DNA from: Synechocystis sp. PCC 6803 substr. PCC-P
Lineage (GTDB): Bacteria > Cyanobacteriota > Cyanobacteriia > Cyanobacteriales > Microcystaceae
DNA: 32,000 bases
Assembly (NCBI RefSeq): GCF_000284455.1
Contig: NC_017039.1
Span: forward strand, 660,001 to 692,000
Direction: 5' to 3'
Made by a program: the position numbers and the translations under genes. Shown piece by piece: positions 1 to 7,953 of the stretch. The notes beneath the pieces are model-generated. The model searched no databases, had not been told where the DNA came from, and was given only the letters and a program-made list of their open reading frames with translations. Every line of letters starts with the position of its first letter. Position 1 is the stretch's first letter.

Positions 1-686
1 TTCTTTACCCTTTAATGCAGGGGTATGATTCTGTCGCTGTAAATGCAGATGTGGAATTGGGGGGCACTGATCAAAAGTTTAATATTGCGGTGGGCCGGGA
101 TTTACAACGGCATTTTGGCAAAACTCCTCAATTTGGTTTACTGTTGCCGATTTTGCTGGGGACAGATGGACAACAAAAAATGTCCAAGTCTCTGAACAAT
201 TATGTGGGTTTACAGGAAGATGCTTTATCCATGTACTCCAAGCTGGAGAAGACGCCTGATCGCCTGTTGGGGGAATATTTCGAGTTACTAACTAACTTGG
301 ACTTGGCCGAGTTACCGGAGAATCCCAGGGAGTGCCAAAAGTTGCTCGCCAAGGAAGTTACAGCCCAGTTCCATGGAGTTGCAGGGGCGATCGCCGCCCA
401 AAAAACAGCGGAGGATATTGTCACCCAAGGTAAGGCGGGTAATACGGACAGTGTGCCGGAATTTTCCCTAGCTGAAATTACTTTTCCGGTGAAATTGGCC
501 TATCTCCTCAGTGCCAGTGGCCTGTGCCCCAGTAGTAGTGAAGGGAGAAGGCAAATCAAGGGGGGGGCTGTGCGCTTAGATGGCGATCGCCTAGAGGATG
601 TTAATCAGGAATATGCCGATCCCAAAATGTTAATTAATAAGGTGTTGCAAATGGGCAAGAAAAAATTTATTCGTCTGATTTCTTAA
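1..686 (+). CDS. tyrS: Tyrosyl-tRNA synthetase, C-terminal part (5' end lies outside the window)
   Basis: Protein contains [30 protein letters not shown] and the class I KMSKS motif ([11 protein letters not shown]), followed by a C-terminal S4-like domain ([16 protein letters not shown]...GKKKFIRL). The M at 15 is internal. Confidence 0.95.
386..395. repeat. HIP1 element (GGCGATCGCC), representative of many copies across the window
   Basis: Exact decamer here and at 582-591 and 2987-2996, with many further copies of GCGATCGC in the core-gene regions. Confidence 0.9.
386..671 (+). repeat. tyrS 3'-end repeat, copy 1 (attached to the intact gene)
   Basis: Starts at GGCGATCGCCGCCCAAAAAACAGCGGAGGATATTGTCACCCA and matches 2987-~3273, with a long identical core (GTGCCGGAATTTTCCCTAGCTGAAATTACTTTTCCGGTG...CCCAGTAGTAG) and diverged flanks. 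Confidence 0.93.
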
Positions 687-811
687 TCTCCAAGGCGATC
701 AGCTTCTTAACTTTCACAAAAAGCGATCATTCTATTCGTAACAAGCTCACACTCGAAAAAAGAGGTTTAACGCTTTCCCAAAAATCGCACTGCGATATTG
801 TAGATCACACC

Positions 812-830
812 AGCATAGATAGTATGCTGA
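812..830. promoter_or_regulatory. Perfect 7-bp inverted repeat CAGCATA-gatag-TATGCTG upstream of the two-gene cassette; possible regulator site
   Basis: Direct reading of the sequence; located ~44 bp before the ATG at 874. Function is inferred only. Confidence 0.35.
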
Positions 831-873
831 TGAGCAGGTTTTTTAGTTATGAGTATAATCAAACGAATTTGAT

Positions 874-1227
874 ATGCCCACCCCACAAGCACTGTATCGC
901 GGGGCTGTACAAGCTCAAGGTGACGACATTACACAAAATGGGGGCTATACTCGCTCTTGGGCGCGGGGTACTCCTGTGACGGCTCAAGAGGGATTAGACT
1001 TTCTTGCTAAGATTGAGGAACAATGCAATGAGTCTCAGAAAGAACAACGAAATTCAGCTTTTGTCAAAGCTGAACGTTTTATCAAGAATGCTAGTAAAAA
1101 TGGAGGTGTTGATCAAAATTCTCAACCTCATCCTTTTCAAAATCCTAGACGTACTGTTCCAAACGCTCGTGTTGATATTGAAATTCGCAAAGGTTTGACT
1201 TTTATTCCTGCTAAAAATTTGGAATGA
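874..1227 (+). CDS. Hypothetical protein, 117 aa, first gene of the inserted pair
   Basis: ORF MPTPQALYRGAVQAQGDD...RVDIEIRKGLTFIPAKNLE; stop overlaps the next start (ATGA at 1224-1227). No family recognised. Confidence 0.7.
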   Translation: MPTPQALYRGAVQAQGDDITQNGGYTRSWARGTPVTAQEGLDFLAKIEEQCNESQKEQRNSAFVKAERFIKNASKNGGVDQNSQPHPFQNPRRTVPNARVDIEIRKGLTFIPAKNLE

Positions 1228-2921
1228 CAATACTTTTTACCAAAATTCAAGCAATGTCAGACTCTACCGATTTGGATAGAGCAATAGATAAGCTTGACAA
1301 AATTTCTATTAATTTTGGTGCCGTAGATGAACAGATAAGGTGTTTTGCATTTTTATTAGCAATTGCCGAAGAAAATATTGCTGAGATTGTCTTAGGTATA
1401 TTAGTTAGAGGAATCATGAAATATGAACCAAATAGGGTTAATAATGAAGTTCTTTGGCTATTTTTGGCAGCCGTTTTGTCTCGTTCAAATATTACGCCTG
1501 CCAGTGCTTTAAGAATTAGTCTTTTAGGAATAGTATCTCGTATTGAAGATTGGGCATCACCCATTTTTGCATTACTAGTTACCGCATTAGATAGTTTTTT
1601 ACGTAATAGCCTGGAATATGGAGACCCTTTAATTGCAGAGCAAACTTTAGATTTTCTTGCCACTTGGGGCGAGAATTATGCTCAAGCACCTCGTACTTTA
1701 GAGCAAGTTGCAAAGATTAACTCTTTAGCTCGTTTAGTTTTACAAAAAGTTGATGAACCTATTCTTCAGGAGGAATGGTCAGAAGGGTTAGATTTATTTT
1801 TAAATATTGCTCATATTGCTTGTAAAATAAAATATTCAGATCAACGTATTTGGTCGTCTTCAGTAGAACTACTTAAGGATCTCTATCCTGTAAATATTTT
1901 AAATAATAATAATGAATATTCAGACAAGCACCGTCAAGTTCAAAAAAATATTCTAAAATTAATTGATTCTTCTCTGGCTGTAATCGGAACTATTTTTGTT
2001 AGAGGAGGCTTGTCGGTCGTAGTACACATTGAGCATTTAAATCAGGAACTAACATGGTCACTTGGAGCTAGCGCAATAGATAGAATCGAGCGTTTTTTTC
2101 AGGAAGTATCAAGCATTTTCAAACTAGGATTTCCTAAATTTAATCAAATACAATCAATTCAAGGTTCTTGGATTCAGGTTCTTAATCTTCCTCTAACTCC
2201 TAGGGAAGCTAATATTTTAGCAACAGAAATTGCTTCTTTATCCTCAAAAAATTACGAACAAAGTGAGATTAATCAAAATACTATTGATAGTTGGCGAGAA
2301 TGTGCAGAAATCCTTAGTGAAAAGGACTTTAAGATTAACTTATCTGTTTCCACAAAGGATATAGGATTACAGATTATTCCTCCCATTTCTACAGAGAATT
2401 TTGCCAATATCTCTACAGGAGCAACTACTGATTTTAATGAACAAGAAAGAACACACATTAGAATTCTCTCTTGTGATGTTCCACAAGCTAATAATATTGA
2501 AAGAATTTTGGAGCTTGCACAATTATTTGTTCAATATTCATCTTCAACTCAAACTATTAGTGATAAGTTTCTTGAGATAAGAGGAACAAAATCTAGAGAT
2601 TTTTTCTATTATCGTAGAGCAATTGAAATTCTTAACCTTATTGATTGGCGTGGGCATCCGACCAACGTCTGTTCTGCTTTGTTTCGCTTATCTAAAAAAG
2701 AGGCAAAAATGAGACTTCTTGCCTATCAATTTATTTCTTCTAATGTTGGTTCTGCTTGGCTACTGTGGAAAAATGCCAATGATCTTTCAGAGATTAATCC
2801 TGACAGTGCAGAAGAATTTTTAACGGCAACTTGTCCATCACTTTCTCAAAAAACAATTGAACGACGTTCACAAACATTAAAAGCATGGCTCACTATCTTT
2901 CTGCAATACTGGGATTCTTAA
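1224..2921 (+). CDS. Hypothetical 565-aa protein; largely helical N-terminal region and a C-terminal winged-helix-like module resembling those of restriction/defence-associated proteins (alternative start MSDSTDLD at 1254)
   Basis: Long AT-rich ORF. C-terminal pattern ...DFFYYRRAIEILNLIDWRG...LFRLSKKEAKMRLLAYQFISSNVG...PSLSQKTIERRSQTLKAWLTIF resembles the wHTH plus 'S..T..RR.QTL.SWL' ending seen in some restriction-associated proteins. Assignment is from memory. Confidence 0.65.
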   Translation: MTILFTKIQAMSDSTDLDRAIDKLDKISINFGAVDEQIRCFAFLLAIAEENIAEIVLGILVRGIMKYEPNRVNNEVLWLFLAAVLSRSNITPASALRISLLGIVSRIEDWASPIFALLVTALDSFLRNSLEYGDPLIAEQTLDFLATWGENYAQAPRTLEQVAKINSLARLVLQKVDEPILQEEWSEGLDLFLNIAHIACKIKYSDQRIWSSSVELLKDLYPVNILNNNNEYSDKHRQVQKNILKLIDSSLAVIGTIFVRGGLSVVVHIEHLNQELTWSLGASAIDRIERFFQEVSSIFKLGFPKFNQIQSIQGSWIQVLNLPLTPREANILATEIASLSSKNYEQSEINQNTIDSWRECAEILSEKDFKINLSVSTKDIGLQIIPPISTENFANISTGATTDFNEQERTHIRILSCDVPQANNIERILELAQLFVQYSSSTQTISDKFLEIRGTKSRDFFYYRRAIEILNLIDWRGHPTNVCSALFRLSKKEAKMRLLAYQFISSNVGSAWLLWKNANDLSEINPDSAEEFLTATCPSLSQKTIERRSQTLKAWLTIFLQYWDS

Positions 2922-2986
2922 CGATTTGAGTTAGAACTACGACTGATTTTCATATTCTGGGGTTCATAAAGGGAAAAAATTTAAGA

Positions 2987-3290
2987 GGCGATCGCCGCCC
3001 AAAAAACAGCGGAGGATATTGTCACCCAGGGGAAAGCGGGCAATACGGATAGCGTGCCGGAATTTTCCCTAGCTGAAATTACTTTTCCGGTGAAATTGGC
3101 CTATCTCCTCAGTGCCAGTGGCCTGTGCCCCAGTAGTAGCGAAGGGAGAAGGCAAATCAAGGGAGGAGCGGTGCGCTTAGATGGTGATCGCCTGGGGGAT
3201 GTTAACCAGGAATACCAGAAACCGCAGGATTTGGACGGTAAGGTGCTCCAGGTAGGCAAGAAAAAATTTATTCGCTTCACTGCGAATTAG
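2987..3290 (+). pseudogene. Truncated duplicate of the tyrS 3' end (S4-like domain), copy 2
   Basis: Encodes [78 protein letters not shown], parallel to the tyrS C-terminus. Lacks everything upstream of the HIP1 site at 2987. Confidence 0.9.
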
Positions 3291-3443
3291 CAATTAAAAT
3301 AGTAATTTATAACTACTCTCTCCGTCGGCGATCGAGGTAGAATTGGGGCGAACTGATTTGACCGGTCAATCCTGCCCATTCCTGCCTGATCCGTCCAGAT
3401 TCAACCAATTACTGCCCAACCTTAGAATTGAGGTTATCGCCCC

Positions 3444-3833
3444 ATGAACAGTTTTGTTTTAATGGCCACCGTTATTCGGGAACCGGAACTGCGCTTCACC
3501 AAAGAAAATCAAACCCCCGTCTGCGAATTTCTAGTAGAATTCCCCGGCATGAGGGATGATTCCCCCAAGGAAAGTTTGAAAGTAGTTGGTTGGGGCAATT
3601 TGGCCAACACCATCAAAGAAACCTATCACCCTGGCGATCGCCTAATTATCGAAGGACGCTTAGGTATGAATATGATAGAACGGCAGGAAGGCTTTAAGGA
3701 AAAACGAGCTGAGCTAACTGCTTCCCGCATTAGTTTGGTGGATAGCGGCAATGGCATTAATCCTGGTGAGTTGTCTTCTCCTCCAGAACCTGAAGCAGTG
3801 GACCTTAGTAACACCGATGATATTCCGTTCTAA
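3444..3833 (+). CDS. ssb: Single-stranded DNA-binding protein
   Basis: MNSFVLMATVIREPELRFTKENQTPVCEFLVEFPG...GDRLIIEGRLGMNMIER: OB-fold SSB pattern, acidic C-terminus ending DDIPF. Confidence 0.9.
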   Translation: MNSFVLMATVIREPELRFTKENQTPVCEFLVEFPGMRDDSPKESLKVVGWGNLANTIKETYHPGDRLIIEGRLGMNMIERQEGFKEKRAELTASRISLVDSGNGINPGELSSPPEPEAVDLSNTDDIPF

Positions 3834-3889
3834 CATCCACAATTCAGCTACTCCCAGTCAGATTTTTCCTTGAACTTGAAATTTCCACA

Positions 3890-4417
3890 ATGGCGGATTC
3901 CCTTCCCAATTTAGTCGATCTCAACTTCTTACCTTTTTTAACGGAGGCTGGGGAAATTGATCCGAACTACGAAAAACGTATTGGGGTTTACGCCATTTTT
4001 GACCAGCATCAGAATCTACAATACGTAGGCTATTCCCGTAATTTAGCCATTAGCCTGCTGCAACATTTGGTGCGTCAACCAGAGCATTGCCATGGGCTCA
4101 AAGTACACATCATCGACCGCCCCGATCGCCAATTATTAGTTCAAATTCAAAACCATTGGTTGGTGGGGCAAAATCCTCCTGGCAATGGTGAAAGTCAGAA
4201 AATTTGGGCTGAATCGATTAATGTGCAGGATTATTGGACTCCAGAAGAGGCCGCCACCGTTGCTAAAAGTGAACCAGGGGACACGCCCAAACTTTTGAAA
4301 AAAATTGCCCGTAGGCTAGAGGCAGAAGTGTTGGCAAAACTGGAAGCCAGGGGAGTGGCACAACAAATTCGCTTCAATCCCAAGCTGAAAGAACAAGGGC
4401 TGTTGGACATCACCTAG
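3890..4417 (+). CDS. GIY-YIG nuclease-like domain protein
   Basis: GVYAIFDQHQNLQYVGYSRNLAISLLQHL matches the GIY-YIG core (GVYAI...YVGYS). Two downstream helical/charged segments as in conserved cyanobacterial homologues. Confidence 0.75.
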   Translation: MADSLPNLVDLNFLPFLTEAGEIDPNYEKRIGVYAIFDQHQNLQYVGYSRNLAISLLQHLVRQPEHCHGLKVHIIDRPDRQLLVQIQNHWLVGQNPPGNGESQKIWAESINVQDYWTPEEAATVAKSEPGDTPKLLKKIARRLEAEVLAKLEARGVAQQIRFNPKLKEQGLLDIT

Positions 4418-4495
4418 GATTCGCCCATAGCTGTCCATTAAAATATAAGGGGATCCAAGATGACCCTGACTGAAAAAAATGGACATTCGAGAGTT

Positions 4496-4882
4496 TCAAG
4501 AAAGTAATGAGAGGCGCCAGTTGCGTAGTAGTTCTATGTTACCATTGACCCTAAATTCGGCAAATATTGCCATGGTGATATCAACCATGTGGGCTGACCT
4601 GGAGACAACTTTCGTGGGGCGATGAAATCTAGCAAACCAATGACGGTTATCTGAGTTGTTTCTCTCAATTCCTACTGTTTCTCTTTTGCTAATCCCATGA
4701 AACGCATCGGGATGTTCATCCAGCAGTTGTTGATAGGGCCTCCAGTCATCGGTGCAGTACACCGTCACTTTCCACTTTGCCAGTCTCTCCAGCAAACGAC
4801 TCAGGGTTTGACTATCACGATTTCCCAGTTCCCAGTTCCCAGTCGATGAGTCTCCCAGTAACACGCTCATATGCCTTATCAT
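4496..4882 (-). pseudogene. IS1-family transposase C-terminal remnant
   Basis: Encodes VYCTDDWRPYQQLL...KRETVGIERNNSDNRHWFARFHRPTKVVSRSAHMVDITMAIFA, typical of the IS1-type DDE transposase C-terminus. N-terminal part missing and replaced by unrelated residues. Confidence 0.88.
4822..4842. repeat. Three tandem heptamers TTCCCAG (x3)
   Basis: TTCCCAGTTCCCAGTTCCCAG read directly. Lies where IS1-like similarity ends within the remnant ORF. Confidence 0.85.
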
Positions 4883-5004
4883 TATCTATTTGAAACTCTC
4901 CATTATTGATTTACAGAGCTTTCCTTTCTTCGTTTCTGGCCCAGTTTCAGGGATCCGCCTCACTCTTCGTTTCTTCGTTGTTGTGAGTTCACGCTCAGCC
5001 GGTA

Positions 5005-7122
5005 CTATTTTTCCCCGTCTTTAGAGGCACGTTCTTTTTCATCTCCATACAAAGGAGAAGTTCCGGTTCCTGTCATTAATAATTGTTGTTGGGGCACCCC
5101 AATGGCAATTTCCTGGGATTCAAAGGCCACTTTCACCCGCAGTCGCAATTCTCTGGCCACGTCCCATTGTTCCCCCGGCAGGGTCTTAAGCCAAATACGA
5201 ATAAGAATACCTTGGTGAGAAACCTCTTCAATACCCTTGAGTTCCGGTGCCTGGAGCATTTTAGGATGCCACCACGGATCGTGGTACAGACCCAGCGCCA
5301 CCTGTTGCAAAACGGCGATCGCCTTTTTGGGATCAGCATCAGCCGCCACCATAACGGAATAATCTACCCTGGACCAGTCTTTAGTTTGATTACACACTGT
5401 GCCAATGGCTCCGTTGGGAATGGTGACTAAATCCCCGTTGGGACAACGGATGCGAGTAACAAATAGGTTTGTATCTTCCACTACTCCTTCAAACTCGCCA
5501 ATCAGAACGAAATCATTAATGGCGAAGGCATCACTCATCAGATTAGAAATACCGGCAATTAAATCCTTGATCAAGTTTTGGGAACCGAAAGACACCGCAA
5601 AACCGATGATCCCTGCCCCAGCCAGTACTGTGGCCACCGGCACATCGAACAAACTAAGGGAAAAGACAAAGGCAGTAAAAATACAGACCACCAGGTTAAT
5701 GCCCCTGACAGCACTACTGACAGTGTTAATTCTAATTTTTCTTCGTGTATATTTGGCAGTTTGTAAAATAGCATAATCGTTTTCAATGGTATGGAAAAAA
5801 GACTCAATTAAAAAATCAGATATTTTAATTAAAATTATTGCCGATAACCAAATTAAAGTTAAAGAAATGGGAGTGCCCGATAACTGTCGTCCTAAACGTC
5901 GAGTGTTAGGAAAAACCTGCAGAAAAAAAGCACTACCACGGATCCAGATAATAAACAGGAAAAAAATTAGTATTCTCCGGGTAAATACAACTTGTTTGAG
6001 GCGGTTTTTCAGGAAGTCGTAAAAATCCTTGCCTTGGAAAAGTTCAAGAATATTTTCAAAAATTTTCTGGTTATCCAAAGAAAATGTCAGGGGAGGATTT
6101 TTTTTACTGTCCCCCCAGCCAACATTTCCGAATAGTATAGTTTTGGAGTAAGCACTTAAATAATAAAGAAAAATAGCTATCCGGTCTAAAATTTGAAAAG
6201 CGAAGGAATAGCGGGGAATGGCAGCAATATTTTTAAAAATAGACGCATCAATGTAATTATAATCAAAATTTGGGTCTTCCTCCTCCGCCTTAACTAAACA
6301 ATTAATAGCCATCTTTAGTAAGTGAATTCTGTGTCCCAGCCACCGATAAATAAATAGCACTACCAACGAAACTGTGACCACAATGGTGACAATTACTAGG
6401 GCAACTTTTATTTGTCTTCTCAGGGCTTCTGGTTGTCGTTCCCGCCTCGCTCGCATCAGGGCATTGCGGACTTGATCTACGGTTTCGGACGCTAAATCTT
6501 CCGGGGTAAGGGCGTATAAATCAGCATCAGCTTTGGTAATGGTGCGAAGAATTTGTGGCCGGAGATTTTTGTCATCGCTAATTTGAATAATGATCGCCCC
6601 ATTGAGAATAGAACTAGCAACATTTAAGGTTTCTGGATCAAAACCCCGCTGGACAATTTCTTTAAACTTACTTTCAATACGTTGTTGACGATAAACAATT
6701 GGACTAAGGGAAGAATCTCCTTCTTTACTAGCATTTCCTGTGGGCACAGCAATCAAAAAAATTGGCTCTCCATCTACCCTAACGGTGGTGTAATCCAAGT
6801 TACCAATTCTACCGGATAAATCTGATTCAAAGCCTAGATTAAAAGCTTTATTTTGCAGGGGGAAATCAGACTTGACGGGATCCACTAGGTCAATTTGGGG
6901 CGGTAGTTGACTAAGGAGAGTTTGTGCCGACTGGGCTTGGGCAAAACCTAGGCTTAGCAGTAAGGTGAGCAGAGTAAGGGCGATTAATTGACTTAAATTT
7001 AATCTTTGATGGCGAAAAATATAATTTTTTCTATTTGTTGGGAGCACTCTGACAACGAATAAATTCCAAAGGGAGGTTATCACTATCGGCAATGAATAAA
7101 ACTTCATAAATATGATCACCAA
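5005..7122 (-). CDS. MscS-family mechanosensitive channel / membrane protein (start uncertain)
   Basis: VLAGAGIIGFAVSFGSQNLIKDLIAGISNLMSDAFAINDFVLIGEFEGVVEDTNLFVTRIRCPNGDLVTIPNGAIGTVCNQTKDWSR is the MscS TM3/beta-domain signature. N-terminal signal-like helix ending AQAQS. Confidence 0.92.
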   Translation of the reverse strand: MVIIFMKFYSLPIVITSLWNLFVVRVLPTNRKNYIFRHQRLNLSQLIALTLLTLLLSLGFAQAQSAQTLLSQLPPQIDLVDPVKSDFPLQNKAFNLGFESDLSGRIGNLDYTTVRVDGEPIFLIAVPTGNASKEGDSSLSPIVYRQQRIESKFKEIVQRGFDPETLNVASSILNGAIIIQISDDKNLRPQILRTITKADADLYALTPEDLASETVDQVRNALMRARRERQPEALRRQIKVALVIVTIVVTVSLVVLFIYRWLGHRIHLLKMAINCLVKAEEEDPNFDYNYIDASIFKNIAAIPRYSFAFQILDRIAIFLYYLSAYSKTILFGNVGWGDSKKNPPLTFSLDNQKIFENILELFQGKDFYDFLKNRLKQVVFTRRILIFFLFIIWIRGSAFFLQVFPNTRRLGRQLSGTPISLTLIWLSAIILIKISDFLIESFFHTIENDYAILQTAKYTRRKIRINTVSSAVRGINLVVCIFTAFVFSLSLFDVPVATVLAGAGIIGFAVSFGSQNLIKDLIAGISNLMSDAFAINDFVLIGEFEGVVEDTNLFVTRIRCPNGDLVTIPNGAIGTVCNQTKDWSRVDYSVMVAADADPKKAIAVLQQVALGLYHDPWWHPKMLQAPELKGIEEVSHQGILIRIWLKTLPGEQWDVARELRLRVKVAFESQEIAIGVPQQQLLMTGTGTSPLYGDEKERASKDGEK

Positions 7123-7477
7123 TTTGTTGTTGCTGGGGATTTAAAAGAATTTTTAACGGCTCAATTTGTTCTGGATTGGTTTGATAGGCTTGGCTAAAAC
7201 TTTGGCTGAGATTATTCAACCATTCCGGTAAACTTTCTACCTGGTCTGTTAGATCAAAGGAGATATGATAGTAGCCCACGTAATGTTCATCTTTGAAGGC
7301 ATCAGGGGCGGGTTGGGGTTGGGGAATTTGAATTAATTCAATGCGTCCCCCCAGACCAGTCAACCAGCAAGCTAAGGTATAACCAGTGGTGAACCTTTCC
7401 CCCACGGTAAAACCCAATAGCTCATAAAAGGCGATCGCCCGATGGATATTAGCAGTACGAATAGAAACATGGTGCAT
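7031..7477 (-). CDS. Glyoxalase/VOC-family protein
   Basis: MHHVSIRTANIHRAIAFYELLGFTVGERFTTGYTLACWLTGLGGRIELIQ: VOC superfamily pattern. Confidence 0.88.
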   Translation of the reverse strand: MHHVSIRTANIHRAIAFYELLGFTVGERFTTGYTLACWLTGLGGRIELIQIPQPQPAPDAFKDEHYVGYYHISFDLTDQVESLPEWLNNLSQSFSQAYQTNPEQIEPLKILLNPQQQQIGDHIYEVLFIADSDNLPLEFIRCQSAPNK

Positions 7478-7548
7478 GATGCTTTATGCTGGGGGAGTTA
7501 AGGGGAAATTAACTTTTCAGCGGTGCTCAATTTATTACAACCTTACCA

Positions 7549-7944
7549 ATGTCCGAACTGAAAATCCTAATTGTTGACGACGAACCCCACATTGTAATTC
7601 TGCTGGAAGAGGTGTTTGAGCTTTTAGAAGAAGATTACGGGGTGGAGTTATTGACCGCCATGGATGGGGAAAAAGCCTTGGCTTTAGCAGTGGAACATCA
7701 ACCCCAATTGGTTATTTTAGATGTGATGTTGCCCAAGATTAGTGGTTTAGCAGTTTGTCAACGTATTAAAGAAAATCCTGAGCTAGCTAATACCACGGTG
7801 ATTTTGCTCACGGCCAAGGGCCAACAGTTCGATCGCCAGGCAGGGTTAGCCGCGGGGGCGGATTGCTACGTAACTAAACCCTTTGGCCCCAGGGATTTAT
7901 TGGCCCAAGCGAAGGGAATTTTGGGTATTGAAGAAGAGGATTAA
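7549..7944 (+). CDS. CheY-like single-domain response regulator
   Basis: KILIVDDEPHIV...PQLVILDVMLPKISGL...VILLTAKGQ...GADCYVTKPFGP: receiver DD/D/T/K signature. Confidence 0.95.
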   Translation: MSELKILIVDDEPHIVILLEEVFELLEEDYGVELLTAMDGEKALALAVEHQPQLVILDVMLPKISGLAVCQRIKENPELANTTVILLTAKGQQFDRQAGLAAGADCYVTKPFGPRDLLAQAKGILGIEEED

Positions 7945-7953
7945 TAGTCCATT

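Noticed and set aside
200-424. Minus-strand ORF opposite tyrS
   Set aside because: Antisense shadow of a confident coding region; no domain or start context.
2273-2458. Minus-strand ORF inside the 565-aa gene (also 1247-1663 minus)
   Set aside because: Shadow ORFs opposite a long coherent ORF; low-information translations.
5083-5807. Plus-strand ORFs opposite the MscS gene
   Set aside because: Antisense to clear MscS motifs; typical mirrored ORFs.
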